Shown in pieces: positions 1 to 11,034 of a DNA stretch of 64,000 nucleotides. A program made the position numbers and the translations under genes. Under the pieces are notes generated by a model, which searched no databases, had not been told where the DNA came from, and was given only the letters and a program-made list of their open reading frames with translations. The stretch is from NCBI GenBank assembly GCA_038087875.1, contig CM075977.1, forward strand, positions 271,188,001 through 271,252,000, in the 5' to 3' direction. The stretch is from Malacoraja senta (Eukaryota). Numbering within the stretch: position 1 is the stretch's first letter; the number at the start of each line of letters is the position of its first letter.

Positions 1-1280
1 TGATTCAATATGGCAAGGGAAGTCAAGGGCAGTATAAAAATAAAAGAGAAGATGTATATCATAACAAAGATGAATGGGAAGCCAGAGGATTGGGAAACTT
101 TTAAAGATCAACAGAAGGTAACTAAAAAGGCAATACGGGGAGAAAAGATGAAGTACGAAGGTAAGCTAGCCAAGAATATAAAGGAGCCAAGAAAAAAAAT
201 AGTTAAGACAAATGTGGGTTCCTTAACGAGAGAAACAGGTGAATTTATTATGGGGAGCAAGGAAATGGCAGATGAGTTGAACAGGTACTTTGGTTCCGTC
301 TTCACTAAGGAAGACATAAACAATCTCCCAGATGTACTAGGGGACAGAGGACCTAGGGTGATGGAGGAAATTTCACATTAGACAGGAAATGGTGTTGGGT
401 AAACTGATGGGACTGAAGGCAGGTAAATTCCCAGGGCCTGATGGTCTGCATACCAGGCTATTCAAGGAGTTGGCTCTAGAAATCGTGGACGCATTGGTGA
501 TCATTTTCCAATGTTCCATAGATTCTGGATCAGTTTCTATGGATTGGAGGGTAGCTAGTGTTATCCCACTTTTCAAGAAAAGAGGGAGAGAGAAAGCAGG
601 AAATTATAGACCAGCTAGCCTGACATCGGTGGTGGGGAAGATGCTGGAGTCGATTATCAAGGATGTAAGCGGCGCATTTGGATAGCAGTAACAGGATCGG
701 TCCGAGTCAGCATGGATTTACAAAGGGGAAATCATGCTTGACAAATCTTCTGGAATTTTTTGAGGATCTAACAAGTAAAATGGACAAGGGAGAGCCAGTG
801 GATGTAGTGTACCTGGACTTTCAGAAAACATTTGATTAGGTCCCACATAGGAGATTGGTGGGCAAAATTAGAGCACATGGTATTGGCGGTAGGGTATTGA
901 CATGGATAGAAAATTGGTTGGCAGACAGGAAACAAAGAGTAGGGATTAACGGGTCCCTTTCAGAATGGCAGGCAGTGACTAGTGGGGTGCCGCAAGACTC
1001 GGTGCTGGGACCGCAGCTATTTACAATATACATTATTGATTTAGATGAAGGAATTAAAAGTAACATTAGGAAATTTGCAGATGAAACAAAGCTGGGTGGC
1101 AGTATGAACTGTGAAGAGGATGCTATGAGGATGCAAGGTGACTTGGACAGGTTGAGGAGGCAGAGGCAGTATAATGTGGATAAATGTGAGGTTATCCACT
1201 TCGGTGGCAAGAACGGGAAGGCAGATTATTATCAGAATGGTGTCAGGTTAGAAAAAGGGGAAGTACGATGAGACCTGCGT
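1..1280 (+). mobile_element. CR1-clade (HER1-like) LINE ORF2 fragment, decayed
   Basis: Frameshifted ORF2 pieces: MADELNRYFGSVFTKED, PGPDGLH, DWRVASVIPLFKK...[34 protein letters not shown]. Confidence 0.93.
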
Positions 1281-1635
1281 GATATTAGAAAACCAGCATT
1301 TAAAACCGTATGTAAAATGTATCATCTTACTGGTATGAAAAAGAATATCAAAAAACAAAATTGTATATTTGCTTTTCTAATTTTCTGCATCTTCCTGATG
1401 TCTGGGTGGATCAGTGTTTCTGGTTCTCCGCTTATGAAAATGAGATTATCTTTCAGAGCATGGGTGTCTACTTTGAGGTATCCAGTGTCGGCTTTCATTA
1501 TGTGGAAGCTTAATAAAGGTTTGTGACGCATATCTAATCCGTGTGGTTTATTTTATTAAACAATTAGAAAAAATGTATCTCATGTAGTTAATGACTTAAT
1601 TTGGCATCACCCCATACAGCCGGGAGGTAAGGAGG

Positions 1636-2180
1636 AGACAGCAACTGCAGATGCTGGAATCTTGGAGCAAAAGGACAAACTGCTGGCGAAACTCAGTGTT
1701 AGGCAGAATCTGTGGAGAGAAATGGATGACATTTCTGGTTGAGTCCATTTCTCAGACTGATGGTGAAGAGGCTGATAGAAAGATGTGCGGGGTAGGATTG
1801 GGGCCAGAAGCTGGAAAGGAATAGGTGGGTCCAGGTAAGGAGTGGTTGAATGGCAGATAAGTCAGGTGGGGGAGTGGGGAGTGGGGAGTGGAGATCGTAA
1901 TCAAGGCATGAGGTGACAAGTGAGGGAGACAATGGAATGCAAATGGTTGAATCTGCAAAGAAAGTAAGGTGGGGAGTTAAATGTAGAGCCAGAGGGAGGG
2001 ATGGTGGGTGGAAGGGAATTGGGGAGGGGTGGGGGTGAAGATAAATTGGGAACCCAAAGTAAGAAGGAATGGGTGATGAGTGCATGAAGGATATGGAGGA
2101 AGTGAATATTGCTTGTCTATGTCTCTCCACAGATGCTGCAGAACTTGCTGAGTGCATCCAGTTGTATATCTTGGAGGCTG
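1636..2180. mobile_element. Old Penelope-derived terminal fragment, fold-back arrangement
   Basis: aactgcagatgctgg...aactcag...cagaatctgtggagaga at the left end, opposite-orientation tctccacagatgctgc...gctgag at the right end, purine-rich interior. Confidence 0.5.
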
Positions 2181-2435
2181 GTTAGGGTCTGCACACTGCG
2201 TGGTGGCAGTGTTGGTGGTAGTGATAAGGTGGAAGGTGCCATTGTGGTCAAAGTAAACCAGTACCTGGCATCACTTTGAGTATACATACATTTCAGCGTG
2301 ACCAATGCATTCTCTGCATGGCTATGAAGAATTGTCATCAGCTTGGCAAAAAGGTAAAGCAATGGCGCATTTGATTTACATATAGAGTAGAAAAAACTGT
2401 TGCACAGGAATCTTCATTGAGATGTTCTCTGGGTA

Positions 2436-2570
2436 GTTCATAAGTTATAGCAGCAGAAGTAGACCATTCAACCCATCGAGTCTACTTCCCCATTCAATCA
2501 TAGCTGATCTATCTTTCCTTCTCAACCCCATTCTCCTGCCTTCTCCCTATAACCCTGACACCTTGACACC
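2436..2570 (-). mobile_element. CR1 LINE 3' end
   Basis: Reverse complement of the CR1 3' tail (ccattcaatcatagctgatctatct...attctcctgccttctccc). Confidence 0.75.
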
Positions 2571-3383
2571 CTTGAGTATTTTCAGGACTATACAAGGCAT
2601 GGTATTTTTCAAGGAATAGAATTCATTACTAACTCACAGTGAAGGCATCCCTTGGTAGCAGTGAATATAAAATAATTGAACTTATATTTAAGTGAAAGAA
2701 CAATGAGTTCAGGACTAGAATTTTATGTTTTACTTGGGCAATATGAGGGTATGAAGCCAAACAAAAGTAAACTGGCAAGTTAGGTTAAGTGATTGGTCAA
2801 TTGACATACAATGGAAGATAGTTAAGGGGATCTTTCTGAGTATGAAATGGGAAAAAGATCCAAGGGGCAGACCCATCATTCTGGTTAATGAAAAAGGATG
2901 AAGATGGTATCAAACCTAAAGTAAAAACATGTTATTGTAGAAAGTTGGATAGAAGGTCAGAAGATTGGATTGAATATTTAAAAAAACAATAAACAACATA
3001 AATGTTAGCATGGATGGGCCAGACCTAGGGGTTTGCTTCCATGTAGTACAGTGTTCTCTCACTTCAGATATGTTAGAATTGAAGTGGGTAGCATACGTGC
3101 TTTCACCTGAAAAGACCAGTGACTGGACTCTTTGACTCCGGAAAAGTGAAATGCAAACATTACCTTTCCAAACCTGCTCCTCCAGCTTCTCTGGGCCCGA
3201 CAAAAATACTGCCCTGGGCAATGGACCTTTCTCCACTCACCCCATCTTCACCTCTTCACCCTGTGGCATAGATGTCGATGCCAGGGCTCACCTTGTTCCA
3301 AGACTGTGGAAGTGCCTTCAGGTGCACTTTTTAGCACCCGCAGGTCAATGGTGGAATTGCAAATAGGCACCCAACATGATACT

Positions 3384-3584
3384 GTTTAAGAAGGAACTGC
3401 AGATGCTGGAAAATCGAAGGTAGACAAAAATGCTGGAGAAACTTAGCGGGTGAGGCAGCATCTATGGAGCGAAGGAAATACCCAACGTTTCGGGCCGAAG
3501 AAGGGTTTCGGCCCGAAACATTGCCTATTTCCTTCGCTCCATAGATGCTGCCTCAGCCGCTGAGTTTCTCTGGCATTTTTGTCT
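3384..3584. mobile_element. Short Penelope-derived insertion, inverted (fold-back) pLTR pair
   Basis: Antisense then sense copy of the Penelope 3' terminus seen at 21205-21333; 15-bp TSD acccaacatgatact (3369-3383 / 3585-3599). Confidence 0.88.
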
Positions 3585-3790
3585 ACCCAACATGATACTT
3601 TTGGCAACCGAGAACATTTGCTCAAGGCCCTGCCTTTTAAAGGATGTGCAATCAAATGAACCCCTCCTGGAATATTGAACTTATCTTGAAGAAATAACAT
3701 TTTGTCATTCAATGTCATCCCAAAGGAATTAATTCAAATCCGGTATTTAACTGGAATAGAGGGCGTGCATCTGTGCCCAACAATGCAATG

Positions 3791-3894
3791 TTTAAGAAAG
3801 ACCCTGAAGAAGGGACTCAACCCGAAACGTCGCCTATTCCATCGCTCCTGATGCTGCCTCACCCGCTCAGTTTCTCCAGCATTTTTGTCTACCT
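3791..3894 (+). mobile_element. Short Penelope-derived insertion
   Basis: 14-bp TSD ccaacaatgcaatg (3777-3790 / 3895-3908); matches the Penelope terminus. Confidence 0.85.
3804..3831 (+). ncRNA. Minimal hammerhead-ribozyme-like core (Penelope type)
   Basis: CTGAAGA-a-GGG(actcaa)CCC-GAAACGTC: CUGANGA and GAAA boxes, short stem II, palindromic ACGT stem III and GUC triplet. Confidence 0.6.
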
Positions 3895-4029
3895 CCAACA
3901 ATGCAATGGAATGTTTTATGATCTACGCAGGCATGGTGTGCTTTTTAAAAACCTTTGAAATTCCTTTGGCCGGAGCCCTACAACCACAGTTTATGTATAT
4001 GGGTAGACATTGATTGGACTCATTATTCA

Positions 4030-4470
4030 TAGAAACATAGAAAATAGGTGCAGGAGTAGGCCATTCGGCCCATTGAGCCAGCACCACCATTCAATATGAT
4101 CATGGTTGATCATCCAGAATCAGTACCCCGTTCCTGCTTTCTCGCCATATCCCTTAATTCTGTTAGCCCTCAGAGCGAAATCCAACTCTCTCTTGAATAC
4201 ATCCAGTGAATTGGTCGCCACTGCCTTCTGTGGCAGAGAATTCCACAGGTTCACAACTCTCTGGGTGAAAACGTTTTTCCTCATCTCAGTCCTAATTGGC
4301 CTCCCTCCTAATTCTTAAACTGTGACCCCTGGTTCTGGACTCCCCCAACATCGGGACCATTTTTCCTGCATCTAGCCTGTCCAATCCCTGAATAATTTTA
4401 TATGTTTCTATAAGATCCCTCTCATCTTTCTAAATTCCAGTGAATATATCCAGTCGATCCATTCTTCATA
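4030..4470 (-). mobile_element. CR1 LINE 3' fragment
   Basis: (catagaaa)n tail complement; reverse complement encodes the ...FTQRVVNLWNSLP... C-terminus. Confidence 0.9.
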
Positions 4471-5967
4471 TATATTTGTGATCACATATTAAACTAAAAT
4501 TCAGTTGTGAATGTCGGTGGATTTACAATATCACATGCAAGCCATCCTATTTCTGTATTAAATGCTCTGACAACCACCAGTCCAGAAAACCGCTAGTCCA
4601 GACAACGTCTTTGGGACGTTGCTGATTCTAGATTTGTAAATTGTCCAGACTTTTTACTGTTACTTGTATTAATATCCAGACACGCTTTAATTTCACTTTG
4701 TTATTAAAATGCTGCACATGAGCACTCCAGACCCTGGCTGTGACCCTTTAGTCTGCACTCCTGTCCTGGCCACACCCCTGGCCTTGGTGGCACACCCAGC
4801 TTGTACTCTGGACCTTCAGATCACATTACAGACTAATGTGTGAGCCAGATTGTCGGCATTTCTGAACAAATAAATGCTGGATGACTGGGACTTAACCGCG
4901 GAAGCAAAGGTCAAAAGACATCATTAATTGTGCTTGGGGACGGGTGTGAGCTCAGGGAAGGGTGTGTGATGGTCGACTTCTGTGTCCGCATTTGCGAAGG
5001 TCTGCTGTCAAGATCGATGTATTACCTCTGTTGATGGGCAGCCCTAGAAAGGTCATCCTCATTGCAAATCTGGGATGGAGATGAAACTGCTCTGAATATG
5101 GTGCACAGCTAAAAATTGTAGTGATAATAATGCTGGCATTTTAGGAACAGTGTGAATGCTTATATTTATGATTATAACGAATACGGAACTATGCCCTTAT
5201 AGTAACGTTAATGTTAGAAAAAAGTGTCAACTGTGTTGTGAAGATGCAAATTTAAACAAGCTGATCTGTGCCACTTACAGAGAGTCCTTTTGACGAGCTA
5301 ATGATGTTATAATCCCCTCAGAAATTGCGAATGAAAGGAAAATTCCACTCGTATCAGCCCCATTTGGTGATTTAGTGATGTCATTATGTCTTTTCATTCG
5401 AGTTTTCTAAGCTTGTCACATCTGGGATGTCATAATTGCCATACACAGAAAATGTGTTAATTAGTTTAAAATAATGGTCTTTTGTAGGTGACGGTAACTT
5501 GAACTTTGCTTTGTGTGTGAAACTTCAGTTCAATACCACTGGAGTACTCTCTCTAATGACTGTTTAATGACAGTTCCATCACTCTACAGATAATTCAGCA
5601 TTGAGTGTTGTGTAGAGCTTTGTTTTGCACAAAAAGCACACTTAGGTGCCGCAGAATAGTCATGCTACTTATGTACGTTCAATCAGATGGAGTCGGAGCA
5701 ACATGTCATTTGAGCCAGGTGGTAGAATATCTCCCCTATGTTCCAAATCTCCATATGTTTTGATGCAGTGTCATATCTCAGTGAGAAGTTCAATTTCTGT
5801 CCAGGATGGGGTTTAAGAGGCATGATGATAAAAACCAAAATACAAGGAATTCCATGGCAGGATTAAGTTGTATTCTAAAGTTAATTGGGAACATATTTTG
5901 CTGTAATTATCTCCTCTAGTCTTTGGTGTGAAACTTACATGTGGTGTACAATGTACAATGTAGTGCA

Positions 5968-6280
5968 TAGGGTGACACAGGTAATCGAGCCGCCGAGCTC
6001 CAGTGAGAGTTCAAACCTAACCTGTCTGTGTGAAATTTGCCCGTCCTCATTGTGATTGCATGAGTTATCTCCTCTGTACCAACGATTTTTGGGTTTGAAG
6101 GTCAATTGAGCTCCATAAATTATCCCAAGTGTAAAGATAAATGGAATGCGGAATAGGGGTGGTGCGTGCATCTATGTGGGAATAAAACGGATTAGGGTAG
6201 AATTAGTGTAAACATGGGTACTTGATTTTTATCATCGACCCAGGGGGCAAAAGAACCTGTCCATGCTGATCCTCTATAAC
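5968..6280 (+). mobile_element. Old degenerate tRNA-derived SINE
   Basis: Weak similarity in head, core and tail to the SINE copies at 14793 and 15833. Confidence 0.4.
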
Positions 6281-6294
6281 TATAATATAATAAA

Positions 6295-6815
6295 GTCATA
6301 AGTAATAGAAGAATTAGGCCATTCGGCCCATCAAGCCTACTCTGCCATGCAATCATGGCTGATCTATCTCTCCTAACCTCATTCTCCTGCCTTCTCCTCG
6401 TAACTCCTGACACCCGTACTAATCAAGAGACTATTTATCTCTGCTTCAAAAAAATCCATTGACGGCCTACACAGCCTTAAGTGGCAGAGCATTCCACAGA
6501 TTCCCCACCCTCTGACTAAAGAAATTAATTGTCATCACCTTCCTAAAGGAACATCCTTTAATTCTGAGGCTATGACCGTTACTCCTAGACTCTCCCAATA
6601 GTGGAAACATCCTCTCCACATCCACTCTATCCGGCCTTTCACTATTCGGTATGTTTCAATGAGGTCCCCCCCCTCATTCTTCTAAACTCTAGTGAGTACA
6701 GGCCCAGTGCCGTCAAACGCTCATCATAAGTTAACCCACTCATTCCTGGGATCATTCTTGTAAACCTCATCTGGATCCTCTCCAGGGCCAGTACACCCTT
6801 CCTCAGATGTGAGGC
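6295..6815 (-). mobile_element. CR1 LINE 3' fragment
   Basis: Complement of the CR1 3'UTR plus ORF2 C-terminus; paralogous to 7685-8355. Confidence 0.9.
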
Positions 6816-7684
6816 TCAAGGCTCCTTTCAGTCTCAGTAGCTCACTTCTGCTTCCACTCACCTCACAGCAGAAAAAGAAGACTTCTTTTAACCCTGATAT
6901 TTGGCAAAGAGAAGCAAGATGAACTCATTCCAAATGGCTGGGAGATTTCATGCTGTCATGCAGATGGCAGGAGGACTGGTTTGCTTTTCCTTTGTTTACG
7001 TTCATCTTTGAGTGTTCCAGCATGAAAGGTGAAATCTAGCAGGAAGTTTGCACACTATTGAAGTTTGACCGACTGACATGCTACCAAAGCAGCAAAACAG
7101 AAGCATAAAAATAATTCAGCTATTTTTGTTACAGTTCTTCACTACTGCCTCTACGAGCAAAACTGGACAATGGGAGACTATTTTACAGCTACTAGTGCAT
7201 ACAACATCACAGTGCCCACTGGTAGTTAATGCATCAGAATAGGCCAGGAGAAGGTTAAGCCCTCAATCTTCATAGAAATTGAGAAGGGGAAAGAATACCA
7301 CTGAGAATAAAACATCTGAATGACCCAAAAGATCTAGACATATATTACTATTTGCCATGAAATAAAAACACAGCAATTTTTCCTAAATCTGCAGCAGGAC
7401 TGGGATTTCTGTAACATTAAACTTTTAAGTTATGCAATCACAAGTAGTCCTCACTTAATTATGTTTTTTATTACATTGTTTCGGCAATCAAGGGATGACA
7501 ATATTTAGCAAAAGGAAAATGGCAGCAAACATTGGTAGAGTGATTGTGACAGCAGTAGGCCCGGGCAGAAATGTATTCAAGAGTCCGACAGCTGGTTGTT
7601 GGAGATGGGTTTGCAGTAAGAGTTGGAGGGTAGCAGTGAGAGTCGGGAGGCTGCAGTAGTAACGGACGGCTGGTGATCATATGG

Positions 7685-8355
7685 TCATAAGATCATATGT
7701 GAAATGAGTAGAATTAAGCCATTCTGCCCATCAACTCTACTCGCCATTCAATCATGGCTGATCTATCTCTCCCTCCTAACCCCATTCTCCTGCCTTCTCC
7801 CCATAACCTCTGACACCCGTACTAATCAAGAATCTATCTCTGCCTTAAATATATCCACTGACTTTACCTCCACAGCCTTCTGTGAGAAAGAATTCCTCAG
7901 ATTCACCACCCACTGACTGAAGAAATTCCTCCTCATCTCCTTCCTAAAAGAACATCCTTTAATTCTGAGGCTATGACCTCTAGTCATAGACTCTCCCACT
8001 AGTGGAAATATCCTCTCCACGTCCACTCTATCCAAGCCTTTCACTATTCTGTATGTTTCAATGAGGTCCCCCCCTCATTCTTCTAAACTCTAGCAAATAT
8101 AGGCACACGTGCCGTTAAACGCTCATCATATGTTAACCTACTAATTCCTGGAATCATTCTTATAAATCTCCCCTGGACCCTCTCCAGAGGCAGCATATCC
8201 CTCCTCGGATGTGGTGCACAAAATTGCTCACAATATTCCAAATGCGGCCTGACCAGCGGCTAATAGAGCCTCAGCATTACATCTCTGTTTTTGTTTCTAA
8301 AATTCCTCTCGCAATAAATGCTAACATCGCGTTTACTTTCTTTACTACTGATTCG
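7685..8355 (-). mobile_element. CR1 LINE 3' fragment
   Basis: ORF 7826-8044: KGLDRVDVERIFPLVGESMTRGHSLRIKG...FFSQWVVNLRNSFSQ. Confidence 0.92.
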
Positions 8356-8357
8356 AT

Positions 8358-9250
8358 GGTGGGAGTTAGATGGCTGGTTTTTGGAGATGGGTGTGGTGCT
8401 GGGTCAGGGAACAACAGAGGGAGTCGGAGGGTTGGTGATGGACCATGGGTGGCAGCTTGTTGGAGATGAGGAAATTGGACAACTGCGGCAGTGGGTTTTG
8501 AGTGGGTGGGAGTGGGAGTTTGGTAGTATCACAGTGGGAGTTGGTCAGGTACTGTGGTAGGAGTTGTGTAGGTGAGGGTGGGAGTTGTGTGGGAACAGAG
8601 GTGAGATCACTGGTGGGAGTTGGATGGGTGTAGGGATGGGAGCTGAGGCATATGCGGTAAAGGGAGTTAGACAGATGGAATGGGTGTTTGTGTACGACAG
8701 CAGAGTTGGTGGGAGTCAAGGGCTTATGCTGAGAGTCAGAGGTGACTATGCTACGAGTTATGGGAATGACACAGGGTTTTGGAAGATGAAGGGAATGGAA
8801 GGTTGGCCATGAAGACTGCAACAGTTGAAGGAGGGATGGTGAGAGTAGGGTGATTATGGGAACCCAGTCGGGTAGCAGTGGGAATCGCTGGAGGGGGTCG
8901 TGTGAGCCATTGGAGACAGTGGAAGTCGAAGAGCAGAAGCTGGAACTGTGGTGGGAGTTTGGTTAGAGATGGGAGACTGGAGCGCGCAGTGTGAGTAGGG
9001 ATGAGGTACAGGGAATGAGAGGGCAGTGGGAGTCAGGGAAAGAGTAGTGGTGGCTGGGAAAGAGTCAGAGATGAGAGTTGGTACGTTTCTGGTGATAGTT
9101 GGGGTGTCCATGCGGTAAAGGTCACAGCCAAGTGGGTGGAATTGGGCAATTGTTTCAGGAGTTGCTGGGGTAGGGGAAGGACTTGGAGGCATCTGTGGAA
9201 AAGAGGTGAGAGTAGGCAGCAAGAGTTGTGATGGTGTCAGGAGGAGTAGT
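8358..9250 (+). repeat. G-rich, C-poor degenerate low-complexity repeat (gggagtt/gggagtc motifs)
   Basis: Many ggagtt/ggagtc/agagtt units and strong strand bias; similar tract at about 7585-7675. Confidence 0.65.
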
Positions 9251-9672
9251 TAAACATGTAATTGGAGCAGAGGAATAATGGCACCCTTTGTGTTGGGCTA
9301 CATTTAGTTCATGGACCCAGGATGTATTCTGCAACATAACAGCATGATTTGTATTCTTCATAAGCTTGGTGCAATTGGTCGAGGCTTCTTTCCTAAGAAT
9401 GCCTTCAAAGGTGCATGATCTAGTCTGTATAGTCTAGTCTGTATAGTGCACAATTGAATGAGCCCGATATTGCTGGAAGTGTCAGCATTTTCTAAAGATG
9501 CTGAACTGAAATGCTGCTTTATGTGCCACAACAGCATTTGATGAACGGGAAGTTCTCCTGAAATTCTGGCCAATATTCATTTTCCAATCAGCACCATTAA
9601 ATGCAAGATGTGATCATTTAGCTCTTGTATTCGACATGAAAGTTGGTTGTGTGCAAAACGGCTGCCATGCTT

Positions 9673-10332
9673 TTTATTTTTATTTTTTATTTTTAATTTA
9701 AAAAAAAAAAATGTTTTAAAAAATTTAATTTTATTTATTAGAAGTATCTTTTAAAATAGTACCTTTTTACAGGTTCCCAGAATTATTAAAACATTCTATG
9801 TACAACTTCCTTTTTTTTAAAATTTTTTTTAGAAAGAAATGAGAAAGAAAGAAGTAGTGAAGAGTAAAGAAAAGTCTAGTGAGTGTGAAGTAAAGAAAAG
9901 AAATAAGTAAGAAAGTGAAGCCGAAAGGAGATTCTCCCTCGCCACGTCGATGCTTTTTTATGTTCTTAATCATTTTTCACCCAAACCTAGAATGTTTTAA
10001 TTATACAATACTATTGCACCACATGAATCCACAAGGTCAATAAATGGAGACCAACTCGTTAAGAATTGGTCTTGTTTATCTATTAGGAGGAGTCTCATTT
10101 CTTCCAAGTGGGCAGTTTCCAACATATTACCAATCCACATTTTGAGTGTTGGTATAGTAGCATTTTTCCAAAATTTAAGTATGAGTTTTTTTGCTGTTAT
10201 TAAACCACAATTAAAAAATGAAATTTGGGATATATTTAATTTGTTTCCATCTCCTATTACTCCGAAGATAATCATTTCCATATTAGGTTCCATTTTTATC
10301 TTAAATAAACTAGTAAATATATCATATATAGT
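9673..10332 (-). mobile_element. 5'-truncated L1-clade LINE with TSD
   Basis: ORF 9997-10293 is an L1 ORF2 C-terminus (AKKLILKFWK..IPTLKMW...WSPFID); T-rich tail complement near 9671-9700; 17-bp TSD aaac(g/a)gctgccatgctt at 9656-9672 / 10333-10349. Confidence 0.9.
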
Positions 10333-11034
10333 AAACAGCTGCCATGCTTGTCCACAAAAAAGTAAGGATTTTGTTTTAAAGTGTAATTTATTTCAAAACA
10401 GTGAAAAAGGTGGCATAAAGACACATATTTCTATTTTACTATTTCTACAACAATTCAGCCAGTACTGATTTGCGTGTGCTTTGCTACATACCGCTCTTCT
10501 CTGATCAAAAGCACCTAAGGGGTAGTGAAGAGTACTGTCGCTGGCACTCAGAAGAGAGGAGAGATGAGTATATTTTGCAGAACCAACAACCAGTAAGTAC
10601 AATCAGATGTTGTTCTGTTTTGTAGTGGTCAGATTTTTATAGACAAAGCACATGGAAATTATGGACACAGAAGATAGTTGATTGCTACGTTTCTGGAAAA
10701 AGTTAAGTTGAACAATACTGCCCTCAGATTCCATCAGTGCTGCCTGACATTCATGTTTGATTGCCTGCAAGTCTATAAAATAACATACCCAAACCATTGT
10801 TCTTATTAGGTAGGATGCCAAATAATGTTGAGGTAAAGTCTGACTTTGCCACAATATTGAAAATTGTCACCACATTATGAAAAATCCTGTATGTGGCAAG
10901 AAAACTGATTAAATTTGCATTTGAAATGAAAAAGATTTTGTTCAGGAGCATTTATCAGAAGACAAACCCATTTATTGAGAAAGAAAAATGAAAATCTGTT
11001 TTGTTTGTGTCACTCAAAACCTATTTGTAAAAAT

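Noticed and set aside
8209-9222. Pro/Thr- or Gly-rich ORFs
   Set aside because: Translation of low-complexity G-rich repeat.
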